In this document: in pieces, positions 8,318 through 16,015 of the stretch | How positions within the stretch are numbered: position 1 is the first letter of the stretch | Layout: every line of letters begins with the position of its first letter | IMG/VR virus record: IMGVR_UViG_3300025018_000089 | Location: 1-28,391 of that record | DNA from: a virus | Lineage: Duplodnaviria; Caudoviricetes | Direction: 5' to 3' (one strand) | Length of the DNA: 28,391 nt | Position numbers and translations under genes: made by a program | The notes under the pieces: model-generated | Databases searched by the model: none | The model's input: only the letters and a program-made list of their open reading frames with translations | Told to the model about the DNA's origin: nothing

Positions 8318-9691
8318 TCATATCCACATCGGTGCGAGGATTCCCCCCTCTGTGGGTTTTTGAAACGTGAGTGCAAGAGCGTCACCGACGTTCGGTGATT
8401 TCACACCACGTTTCGCCATGTCGTCCTTGCTCTCGAGTTGCACCTGACCTTTTGAGGTCAGCTTGTATTTCGGTGCTGCGAGTTCGTACCAGTCGGGGTG
8501 TTCCTCAAGTATCGCATCTCTCAACCATTCTCGCATGTCCTGCCACCCCTCAGCACGCAGGTTGATGAATTGCTCGGGCTCAGTTGCAGCCACTGCGACA
8601 TTCACCCCCTCGACACGGTCACTCACCGACGGTTGCTCACGCAGTCGGTCAAACGTACCCGCACCGAGACCGATGATGTCGATTCGCAATCGAGCGTTCG
8701 GGTACTCTTTGAGATATTTGATTGATTTCCCTGCCAGTACCATTGTGTCAGTTTTCTCAATCGTCTCGAGCACCTTTGCTTTGTTGCCTTTGCGATAAAT
8801 GAATGCAGCAACGTCGTGACCCTTTCGACTCGGGTCAAGACCGATGAATTCGTCCTCGCCATATTCCTCACGCTCAGCATCAATCGCATTCTCAACGAGG
8901 TCGAATGAGATGAGTGTGTCAGTGTCCTTTTTCGGGAATTCCCCGAGCACACGCACACGGTACACGTCTGAATCCTCACCGTATTTTGTTTTCACGTCCT
9001 CAATCCACTCTTTTGTCACGAGACCATGAATCACAGTCTCACCCGCAATCACGTTCGGTGTGTCGAATGCACTGATGTGAATTTTGTTGTACAGCGGTGA
9101 TGAGAACGTGTCGAAAAAGTCACCTGACGGCTTTGTCGGGTTGCCGATTTCAACGAGTCGAGAGCCCTCACTGATGAGACCACCCTCGATTGCCTCTTTG
9201 ACATGACGACCGACACCCGATGATTCATCGACCACAAAAAGAATGTTCGGTGAGTGCCACCCCTGCATTGATTCCATTCCTGACTCACCGTCTTTTGTAG
9301 CGACACCGATTGCATACCAGTCATCAGCGAATTCGAGCTCAGTCTGTTTGACGTACCCCCCGAGATTCACCTTTGCATGAGCATGAGAGCGTTTGATGTT
9401 TTTCCACAGCTGATTTTTTACCTGCTTGAAAGTGGGTGCAGTAGTGATGACGATGCACGGTGCGTATGCGTAGAGATACCACAGCACAGCATCACCCATG
9501 ACCTTTGTTTTGCCTGCTGAGTTACATGACCGCACTGTCGTTCGTTTGTTATCACGAATACTCTCGACAATCTCGAGCTGCTTTTCCCACAGTGAGACAC
9601 CGAGAGTTTTCTCAAAAAAGAGATTCGGGTCAGCCTTGATGTTTTGCTGATACTCAGTGCCGATTGATTTTCTATCTTGTGTGCTTTGCAT
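8318..9691 (-). CDS. terL: Terminase large subunit
   Basis: Walker A-like VRSCNSAGKT, Walker B VVDES, IGNPT, nuclease IGLDPSR.GHD and SPNVGDALAL. Confidence 0.95.
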   Translation of the reverse strand: MQSTQDRKSIGTEYQQNIKADPNLFFEKTLGVSLWEKQLEIVESIRDNKRTTVRSCNSAGKTKVMGDAVLWYLYAYAPCIVITTAPTFKQVKNQLWKNIKRSHAHAKVNLGGYVKQTELEFADDWYAIGVATKDGESGMESMQGWHSPNILFVVDESSGVGRHVKEAIEGGLISEGSRLVEIGNPTKPSGDFFDTFSSPLYNKIHISAFDTPNVIAGETVIHGLVTKEWIEDVKTKYGEDSDVYRVRVLGEFPKKDTDTLISFDLVENAIDAEREEYGEDEFIGLDPSRKGHDVAAFIYRKGNKAKVLETIEKTDTMVLAGKSIKYLKEYPNARLRIDIIGLGAGTFDRLREQPSVSDRVEGVNVAVAATEPEQFINLRAEGWQDMREWLRDAILEEHPDWYELAAPKYKLTSKGQVQLESKDDMAKRGVKSPNVGDALALTFQKPTEGGILAPMWI

Positions 9692-10235
9692 TTTTTTCGA
9701 TATTTTTTCTCATCTTGATACCTGTCGACTCAGCAATCATGTCAGCGAGTGATTCCTGAGCCCCGTGATTCACGTTGATGTCCTCTGACCACGACTCGAC
9801 CACTTGCAGCCATAGCTTTTGAGCAAAGACACCACCTCGAGTCGCACCCTTGAATATCGAGTGCATGACGGCAGGTGTCAGTGCCCGCCATGTATCGTTT
9901 TGCATGTCGAATTTCATTTGCTTGATGTGACGGTCGATTGAGCGAGTTGAGAGTCCCGTTTCCTCAGCGAGTTCAACAGCAGTCGGCTTTCGTTTTTTCT
10001 TTTTCAACAGCTTGATGAATGCCTCTTGAATCATCACCTGATTCGTTTCCCAGTCGAGACGAGTCTTTGTGCGTTCCTCACTTTTTGCGGTTGTACGGTT
10101 TGCGACAGTTTCAGCCACATCAGCACTCTTTTGACTCTTTGTCGACTTTGTTGCTTTTGCACGAGTAGCAGCCCCCGTGTTTGATTCGGGTGTCTTTTTT
10201 CGAGTTGCTTTCTTTTTTCCTTTGTTGGTTGCCAT
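9672..10235 (-). CDS. Probable terminase small subunit (HTH)
   Basis: Basic N-terminus, HTH-like PTAVELAEETGLSTRSIDRHI; immediately upstream of and overlapping TerL. Confidence 0.7.
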   Translation of the reverse strand: MATNKGKKKATRKKTPESNTGAATRAKATKSTKSQKSADVAETVANRTTAKSEERTKTRLDWETNQVMIQEAFIKLLKKKKRKPTAVELAEETGLSTRSIDRHIKQMKFDMQNDTWRALTPAVMHSIFKGATRGGVFAQKLWLQVVESWSEDINVNHGAQESLADMIAESTGIKMRKNIEKNAKHTR

Positions 10236-10246
10236 ATATTGCATTT

Positions 10247-10258
10247 AGTATAACAGAC
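10247..10258 (-). promoter_or_regulatory. Promoter motif GTCTGTTATACT (extended -10) at the start of the late operon
   Basis: TGn-TATACT lies 11 nt before ATG 10235 and just after a terminator. Confidence 0.7.
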
Positions 10259-10278
10259 AACGTGAATGTCAACAGTAG

Positions 10279-10307
10279 AAAAGCCCCACGTTTTCACGCA
10301 GGGCTTT
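10279..10307 (-). terminator. Rho-independent terminator ending the early region
   Basis: AAAGCCCUGCGU-GAAA-ACGUGGGGCUUUUCU; GAAA tetraloop, G-U pairs on the minus strand, U-tract. Confidence 0.8.
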
Positions 10308-10337
10308 GCTCGTCTATTCCGAGCCGTCAAGATTTGG

Positions 10338-10409
10338 TCACCCCCTCTCAATGGTTGTCGGTGTGTAGTGATACTCACCGAAAAATTCAAAGAAAAGTTC
10401 AAGCTGCAT
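10338..10409 (-). CDS. 23-aa peptide MQLELFFEFFGEYHYTPTTIERG
   Basis: Preceded by GAGGAAAGGAGAACAAA (strong SD) and an extended -10 TGATACAAT; followed by a terminator. Confidence 0.55.
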   Translation of the reverse strand: MQLELFFEFFGEYHYTPTTIERG

Positions 10410-10430
10410 TTTGTTCTCCTTTCCTCTCAC

Positions 10431-10439
10431 ATTGTATCA
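10431..10439 (-). promoter_or_regulatory. Extended -10 promoter TGATACAAT
   Basis: Identical 9-mer at 13810-13818; the TGA doubles as the stop codon of the upstream gene. Confidence 0.55.
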
Positions 10440-10883
10440 CCCCTCACAGCTGACGCATGTGCTCTCACCGTTGTTGTGAATGCGAGGCTTTGTTTGTGTA
10501 GGCTCAACCTTGTCAAAAAAGTCGTCGAGTGATTCCTCTTGCTTTTCCTCTTTTTCAAGTTCGGGCAGTTCGATTGTTTGACCTGCAAAAGAGTGTGAGC
10601 AATCACTCAAGAATTCAATCATGCCATTGCGAACGAATGTGTGACAGCGTTTGCAATGAAAAGCAGTGTCGATTTCAGCAGTGCACCAACACGGGTCACC
10701 CTGTTTGTGCTCGTTCATGTAGTGACCTGAGCGAATAAGCACTGACGGGTTGAGTGTCGGTGATTCTAGGTCACCATTGAATTGCCAGTCAGTCGGCTTT
10801 TCGACACGCACTGAGTGTGTCTCATCACAACCAACACAAAAGAATTCGAGATGAGTATTGTTGTGGGTATATCTTGCTTTCAT
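10437..10883 (-). CDS. DUF6527-like Cys/His protein with C-terminal CxxC tail
   Basis: FFCVGCDETH, WQFNGDLESPTLNPSVL, RCHTFVRNGMIEFLSDCSHSFAGQTIELP resemble DUF6527 as recalled (unverified). Confidence 0.65.
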   Translation of the reverse strand: MKARYTHNNTHLEFFCVGCDETHSVRVEKPTDWQFNGDLESPTLNPSVLIRSGHYMNEHKQGDPCWCTAEIDTAFHCKRCHTFVRNGMIEFLSDCSHSFAGQTIELPELEKEEKQEESLDDFFDKVEPTQTKPRIHNNGESTCVSCEG

Positions 10884-10895
10884 GAGAGTAGTATA

Positions 10896-11147
10896 TCACT
10901 TTCGCTTTCGAGGTTGTGCGGGGTTTGATTTTTGCAATTCAGCAATGGTCGTTCGGTCGTCCATGTATCTACTCACCCCATCCATACGTCGCCTTGCATA
11001 GTCAGTGACAGGCTCGTCTGATTCTTTGAGTGGTTTCGGTTGTGGTGTTGGTCGAGGTGTTCGACTCAGTACATCATCGCAATCATTGCAGGTTGTCCAC
11101 GAGGGCACGATGAGAGTTCGACCGCACTTTTTGCATTGTTTTTTCAT
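10896..11147 (-). CDS. Small Zn-ribbon protein
   Basis: CKKC...CNDC at the N-terminus; ATGA-coupled to the upstream gene. Confidence 0.6.
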   Translation of the reverse strand: MKKQCKKCGRTLIVPSWTTCNDCDDVLSRTPRPTPQPKPLKESDEPVTDYARRRMDGVSRYMDDRTTIAELQKSNPAQPRKRK

Positions 11148-11533
11148 ACCTTGAGCAAGATTCTATATGCCTCACGACATTGCTCGACTGTGAAGTCACC
11201 GAAGTGACACTCAGCTCGAGTGATGTCCATTTCACGAGCGAGCCAACAGTATGCCGACTCTTTGAGATGTTTGTCGCATTTCCACACACCCATGAGGCAT
11301 TTGTTGATGAATAATTCCTTTGTCAATTTCCGAGCTTTTCGCATGTGAGCGTTTGCCATTTGCCCGAGTGGTTTTCGAGTATTGTTGTGACAACCGACGT
11401 ATGCGTCACACTGACGGCACAGCCATATCATGTGAGCTTTTTCATTGTATATTTTACCATATATCTCAGCGTGAGATACCCACTCAGCAGGTGAATCACA
11501 GAAAGGGCAGTCGATGTGAATGTTCTTGCTCAT
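11144..11533 (-). CDS. Zinc-finger protein, DUF3268-like
   Basis: CPFC...EIYG...IWLCRQCDAYVGCH..T.KPLGQMA...AYCWLA.EMDI...CHFGDF. Confidence 0.8.
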   Translation of the reverse strand: MSKNIHIDCPFCDSPAEWVSHAEIYGKIYNEKAHMIWLCRQCDAYVGCHNNTRKPLGQMANAHMRKARKLTKELFINKCLMGVWKCDKHLKESAYCWLAREMDITRAECHFGDFTVEQCREAYRILLKV

Positions 11534-12099
11534 GATGTCAATCGTTTGTGAATCGGTGCGTCGTCCATTGCCTCAGCCATTTGAGCGATTTGAATTTGCC
11601 GTCGCATTCTCGCCTCATATTCCTCGAGCGATTCTTTTTTGCCGTCACCGATTTGCTTGCCTGAGTCCTCAGTCTCACCCTTGAAAAACAGGTCATGTTT
11701 TTGCACGAATGCGTTGAGTGCCAGTGTCTGAATTCGCTTGAGTTCCTTTTTGTACATCGGCACGAGCACGTCGATTGCGTGAGTCACCTCGAGATGTTCT
11801 GAGTCAGTAAGGTCAGTGATGAGAATTTTGAATCGCTTGTTGATGAACACTGAATCATTGCCACCGTATCGCAGCATGATTTGATGCAAGATGTCCTGAT
11901 TGATGCTTTTGTACGAATACTCACGTTGAGTGCGTTTTGTTTTTGCATTCATCACCTCATCAATGTCGAGATTGTGTTTTTTGCAAAGGTTTTGCAGCAC
12001 CCGTCGAGCAGCCTCAGATTCGTGACCATTGTCAGCCTCAATCTTGCTGATGAGAGCTTTGATGATGCGTTCGTGTCGTTCGCTGTTATCTTTTGCCAT
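11530..12099 (-). CDS. Hypothetical protein with DUF2786-like N-terminus
   Basis: IIKALISK...GHESEAARRVLQNLCKKHNL pattern; AFVQKHDLF near the C-terminus. Confidence 0.6.
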   Translation of the reverse strand: MAKDNSERHERIIKALISKIEADNGHESEAARRVLQNLCKKHNLDIDEVMNAKTKRTQREYSYKSINQDILHQIMLRYGGNDSVFINKRFKILITDLTDSEHLEVTHAIDVLVPMYKKELKRIQTLALNAFVQKHDLFFKGETEDSGKQIGDGKKESLEEYEARMRRQIQIAQMAEAMDDAPIHKRLTS

Positions 12100-12532
12100 A
12101 GCTCATTTTTTTAGTGAGTGCATCAAGCCCCTCGATTGGTTTGCCTGCAGGTGCTGATAACTGAGGAATGTCGACACCTTTGCCGAGCATTTGCTGCTGA
12201 TTGTTTTCGACGAGGTATGTCACTCGTCGTTGAATGAGACCTTGCACACCTCGATAGTGGTCGAGTACCCCCTCACGCTTTGCATGATTGTGGTCATCGG
12301 GGTCAGACCCGAACACATAGTCATCATTGAACCCGAGATGCTTGCCGTAGTGAGGCAGTATGTCGAGAATTTGAGAGCCTTTGAGTGGTCGACCGTTGAT
12401 GATTGTTTTGCCGTCGAATAAAAAGACAAAGTACGCTTTCTCAACCTCGAGCTCATCAGCGATGATGTACTCGTGTGGTTTGTAGCCGATTTTTACTTTG
12501 AAAAAATGTGTGTTGTTTGGTGTGTTGTTCAT
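12086..12532 (-). CDS. Hypothetical protein downstream of the replication initiator
   Basis: 148-aa ORF tightly packed in the operon; no motif recognised. Confidence 0.7.
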   Translation of the reverse strand: MNNTPNNTHFFKVKIGYKPHEYIIADELEVEKAYFVFLFDGKTIINGRPLKGSQILDILPHYGKHLGFNDDYVFGSDPDDHNHAKREGVLDHYRGVQGLIQRRVTYLVENNQQQMLGKGVDIPQLSAPAGKPIEGLDALTKKMSYGKR

Positions 12533-12543
12533 GGTGTTGGTTT

Positions 12544-13692
12544 TTAGAGAATCACGTTTGCAGTCTTGCCGACGTGTTCATTCTTTTTGCGAATAAATGC
12601 GTTGCTCAGTGCGTCCCATTTGTCAGCCAGTTGGTGAGGTGTAGTGATTTGCGGGAAGTAGGGCAGCACGTTTGATTTTGGCAGTAATGTGACGACTTTC
12701 ATCACTTGCTCGAATGTGTGAGTCTTGATGAGGTGCTCAATCGCTGAGCGTTGAGTTTTGTTGCCATACCACCGAGTGTTCGATGAGTTGACGACAACGA
12801 ATGAGTCAATCACGTCGACGATTTGTTGATTCAGAATTTTCTTTGAATCATCGACGATTGAATCAGTGAGTTGTTGAGTGTCATCACCCGCATCGTCAGA
12901 TGCAAGGTCTTTTCTATCCTTTCCTATTCTATCCTTTCCTATACTGCGTTGACGATTGGTTGCCGATTGGTTTTTGTTTGGTTGTGATAACTCTTGCCAC
13001 ACTGATTTGACCTTGTCGTTGTTGAGTTTTTCAGTCTTTTCGTGCTTGATTGATATGTTGCATTTTTTGCATATCACTGAGATGTTGTCGAGTTCGTGCT
13101 CGCCACCGTCTGAGAGTGGTGTGTTGTGCTGAATTGTGGGTTTGTTCACCCCTGTGCTTATTCCTGCTGAGTCCTTTTTTGACGCTGACCGCATCTCAGC
13201 ATCACATATCGGGCAGTGCTCACCCTCGAATGCTTGCCTGATTTTGTAGGTGAATGAGTACGGCAGTGAGCTCGATTTCATTTTTTCCTCTCGAGTTTTT
13301 TGCCAGTCGGGACGGTCAGCTGACGGCAATTCAGCAACCGCATTTTCTTTGTTCTCAGTGTACGCTTTGTTTTCTTTGAGAGCGAGGGTTTGACGATGAG
13401 CAAGGTATCTCGTCGGTGTGTATCGGTCTTTGCGAATGCCGTTGTGCATTTGCCAGTGTTTGACGACACATACCCCGTCATCAAAGGTGATGATGAATCT
13501 TTTTGCGATGAGAATTTTCATGTCATCGTCTGATGCACCGAGCATTCTCATGATGCGTTTCGGGTTTGAGATGAACCCGTCATCGTCAGCCCGCATGTTC
13601 ATGTGAAAGTACAGATTTTGTGTTGAGTCGGGCATGTCGAGAAAAGCGTCACTGTCGACGATGTCCATTGTGAACATTCTTTTGTGTGCCAT
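12544..13692 (-). CDS. Phage replication initiator (replisome-organiser type) with an internal HNH-like domain
   Basis: N-terminus MAHKRMF..DIVDSDAFLDMP.STQNLYFHMNMRADDDGF...VVKHW.MHN.IRKDRY is typical of this family; internal CPIC...IQHNTPLSDGGEHELDNISVICKKCN. Confidence 0.85.
   Translation of the reverse strand: MAHKRMFTMDIVDSDAFLDMPDSTQNLYFHMNMRADDDGFISNPKRIMRMLGASDDDMKILIAKRFIITFDDGVCVVKHWQMHNGIRKDRYTPTRYLAHRQTLALKENKAYTENKENAVAELPSADRPDWQKTREEKMKSSSLPYSFTYKIRQAFEGEHCPICDAEMRSASKKDSAGISTGVNKPTIQHNTPLSDGGEHELDNISVICKKCNISIKHEKTEKLNNDKVKSVWQELSQPNKNQSATNRQRSIGKDRIGKDRKDLASDDAGDDTQQLTDSIVDDSKKILNQQIVDVIDSFVVVNSSNTRWYGNKTQRSAIEHLIKTHTFEQVMKVVTLLPKSNVLPYFPQITTPHQLADKWDALSNAFIRKKNEHVGKTANVIL
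12912..12972. repeat. Short direct repeats inside the initiator gene (candidate iterons/origin)
   Basis: ttctatcctttccta x2 (12912-12941) and cgattggtt x2 (12953-12961, 12964-12972). Confidence 0.5.
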
Positions 13693-13724
13693 TGTTTTTT
13701 GGTGTGTTGATAGCTGATAATGTA

Positions 13725-13818
13725 CTCGAGAATCGGCTCATTGAGTGAGTCATCACCCCTTGCAAGTGTGATGAGTCACTCGACGAGTGCAAGGGTCGAG
13801 TGTCCCTTGATTGTATCA
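13725..13818 (-). promoter_or_regulatory. Extended -10 promoter (13810-13818) plus structured 5' leader of the initiator gene
   Basis: TGATACAAT followed by overlapping inverted repeats: CAAGGG/CCCUUG, CACUCGAC/GUCGAGUG, GAGUGA-C-UCAUCAC/GUGAUGA-C-UCACUC. Confidence 0.65.
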
Positions 13819-13836
13819 TGAATGATTTTGAGATTT

Positions 13837-14241
13837 TCACTCGGGCTCGATGAGCTGTGCATTTCCTGTGAATATCTCGACAATGCAGTGAGCGTCCTCG
13901 CCTTTTTTGCATTTTCGACAGCCTTGCATTGTATATTTCACATACTGATTCGAGTCATCGGGCATGAGTCCTGCGTGCACGAACCCGTCCTCAATCATCT
14001 TGACCATTGCTGAGAGATTCGATGAGTCGAGCAGATTGCCCTCAAGAGCGAATGTGTATTTGATGATGACAGGGAATTCAGCAATCTCGAATTTGATGTC
14101 GTCAACCGCCTCTCGAGCTGCCCAGTAGAATGACTCGTGCAGTGGTGACCGTGATTTGTAGTGCATACGGTAGTACGCATTCGTGCTCACCTTTTCATGA
14201 ATGATGACCTTGATGTGGTCGTCGTTTATTTCCTCAATCAT
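13837..14241 (-). CDS. rusA: RusA-like Holliday junction resolvase
   Basis: STNAYY, LDSSNL...KMIEDGFV.AGLMPDDS..YV catalytic Asp/Lys pattern. Confidence 0.78.
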   Translation of the reverse strand: MIEEINDDHIKVIIHEKVSTNAYYRMHYKSRSPLHESFYWAAREAVDDIKFEIAEFPVIIKYTFALEGNLLDSSNLSAMVKMIEDGFVHAGLMPDDSNQYVKYTMQGCRKCKKGEDAHCIVEIFTGNAQLIEPE

Positions 14242-14849
14242 AGCCCGAGCTCTTTTCGAGTTTTATTGTACAGCGACTCGAGGCTCGGGAATGGTACGTG
14301 AATGCCTGCGAGTGCGATGTACCGATTGAAAATGTCATACACCTGATTGATTTCATCGGTTGTGAGGTCTTGAGTCGATTCTTTGCCCGTGTGTTCGATT
14401 TGAGCGATTCGCCATATCTCTTTGATGTGCTTGCCTGTGAGGGGTACATCAATCATCGGGAATTCCTCGAGTAGTTTCATGAGACCGTACCCCGCTGCGT
14501 CGTATTCTTTTGCAGTGAAGTCAAACAGCAGGTGCAGCGATTTTCGTTGTTGGTCTGATGTTGTTGGTTTTTGCTTTTCGGGCTCATCGAGCGGTGTACC
14601 GATGTGACGACCGCATTCACTGCATTCGTGACGGTGAGCCCAGTCGTTGTTTGAGTTGATTGTTGCTTTGCAGCAGTCTGATAGTTGTGTTGTCATTTTT
14701 GGTTTTTGTTTGCATGAATAGCAATCTTTTGAGGGCACTTTCGGCAGCTCGCAGATGCTGTGCTGATATTTTTTCGTTTTCTTTTTTTCATCAGTGAGTA
14801 TCTCAATCGACAGGCATTGTTTGCATTGAGACAGAATTTCACCCTGCAT
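14238..14849 (-). CDS. Zn-finger N-terminus plus NinB/DUF1367-like C-terminal domain
   Basis: Several CxxC/CC motifs; SDQQRKSLHL...STQDLTTDEINQVYD......GIHVPFP resembles NinB-like proteins. Confidence 0.55.
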   Translation of the reverse strand: MQGEILSQCKQCLSIEILTDEKKKTKKYQHSICELPKVPSKDCYSCKQKPKMTTQLSDCCKATINSNNDWAHRHECSECGRHIGTPLDEPEKQKPTTSDQQRKSLHLLFDFTAKEYDAAGYGLMKLLEEFPMIDVPLTGKHIKEIWRIAQIEHTGKESTQDLTTDEINQVYDIFNRYIALAGIHVPFPSLESLYNKTRKELGL

Positions 14850-14850
14850 T

Positions 14851-15318
14851 TCAGTTGAATTCAGATGCTCTCACGACTCGACCTGACTCGATTGTGTAGC
14901 CGAGACCTTGCCAGTAGGGTGCATCTTTGCCGAGTAATTCCTTGAGTGTGGTCTTGCCCTCAGATTCGATGTGACCGAGCGTTTTCTTTGTCGCTTTTTC
15001 CACTGCGACGACTTTCCATATTATTGAGCCGTTGAGGAATTCAACCCCCCTTCGAGTGAGAACCCAGTTGCCGTGCTCAGTGTGTTTTGCGACGAGACCG
15101 TGGTCACCGAGCACTGTCATGTTGACACGTTGTGCGACGGTGAAAAGTCCTTGAGCGAATAGTTCTTTTTGTGGGTGCACTACATTCACGCCTTTTTTCT
15201 CGATGAATTCTGAGATGATGACTAGCATTCTTGCATATCCTTTTGACAGCACAGCGGGTTTGTAGAGTCTTTGTGAGCAGCATTCGCACCGCTCGTCGAT
15301 TTTCTTTGATTCGTTCAT
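14851..15318 (-). CDS. Hypothetical protein, possible winged helix
   Basis: CECCSQ N-terminus; L..HGLV....GNWVLTRRGVEFLNG wing-like motif. Confidence 0.6.
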   Translation of the reverse strand: MNESKKIDERCECCSQRLYKPAVLSKGYARMLVIISEFIEKKGVNVVHPQKELFAQGLFTVAQRVNMTVLGDHGLVAKHTEHGNWVLTRRGVEFLNGSIIWKVVAVEKATKKTLGHIESEGKTTLKELLGKDAPYWQGLGYTIESGRVVRASEFN

Positions 15319-15336
15319 GGTGTGTTGATGATTATT

Positions 15337-15391
15337 CTCAAGAGCTGTGAGAGAGTAGTCATTTTTTGATGACCCTCACACAGCCCTTGAG
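15337..15391 (-). promoter_or_regulatory. Long intergenic RNA hairpin
   Basis: CUCAAGGGCUGUG/CACAGCUCUUGAG (13 bp, one G-U) enclosing an inner GUCAU-CAAAAA-AUGAC stem-loop; no U-tract. Confidence 0.65.
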
Positions 15392-15403
15392 CTGTGTTGA
15401 TAA

Positions 15404-15685
15404 TTATTTCAACCCGAGATTTGCCTTGATTGCTTTGATGTCAGCAATGAGGTTGACGAGAATCTCAGACCGCAACCCGTCGGTCAGAATGCCGATGTAG
15501 TTTGCGATGATGAGAATGTTCTCAGCATCGAGTTTGTTGTACGTCTGAGGTGAGTTCGGGAATGCGTACCGAATCTCAGTCTTTGCCCCTTTCACGGGCT
15601 TTTTTGTTTTCGGGTCGACCGCAGGGTCGAGTTTGATTTCCTTGAGGTCTTTGATAGTGAATTCCTTTTTTGTTTTTGATGCCAT
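15404..15685 (-). CDS. Hypothetical basic protein (93 aa)
   Basis: Operon-packed ORF with an A/C-rich leader. Confidence 0.65.
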   Translation of the reverse strand: MASKTKKEFTIKDLKEIKLDPAVDPKTKKPVKGAKTEIRYAFPNSPQTYNKLDAENILIIANYIGILTDGLRSEILVNLIADIKAIKANLGLK

Positions 15686-15697
15686 TTTGTTGAGTGG

Positions 15698-15793
15698 TTA
15701 GTCTTTGAATAAGAAGTGCAGAATGAGCCACCCGACGACCCATTTCCACGATGAACCGATAATGAGTGCAATCAGTGCGAAAAGTAAAAACAT
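15698..15793 (-). CDS. 31-aa hydrophobic peptide MFLLFALIALIIGSSWKWVVGWLILHFLFKD
   Basis: ATG 1 nt after the upstream stop; fills the gap; almost entirely hydrophobic. Confidence 0.55.
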   Translation of the reverse strand: MFLLFALIALIIGSSWKWVVGWLILHFLFKD

Positions 15794-15794
15794 A

Positions 15795-16013
15795 CTACTG
15801 TTTTGAGTGATGCTCGTCGGCACACTTTTGACAAAACTTTGAGCCGTTTCGCTTTTCACCCTCGCAGCCTGAGAGCTTGATGTCGATGATTTGGTATGAC
15901 TCACCGTCATCAGATATTTTGACCTCAGAGCTCGCATACGCTGCATTGACGCAGCATTTTTTGCTGATTTGCTGAGCGATGCGGTGCTTGATGTCAATTT
16001 CAGAAAGTCTCAT
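15795..16013 (-). CDS. Small Cys-rich protein (72 aa)
   Basis: KCC...GC.....GSKFCQKC; operon spacing. Confidence 0.55.
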   Translation of the reverse strand: MRLSEIDIKHRIAQQISKKCCVNAAYASSEVKISDDGESYQIIDIKLSGCEGEKRNGSKFCQKCADEHHSKQ

Positions 16014-16015
16014 GA

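Noticed and set aside
10267-10272. Perfect TTGACA as the -35 of the terS promoter
   Set aside because: Only 14 nt from TATACT, too short; the extended -10 explains the promoter.
13725-13810. tRNA or known riboswitch in the structured intergenic regions
   Set aside because: No cloverleaf, T-loop or CCA signature, and no aptamer consensus that I recognise.
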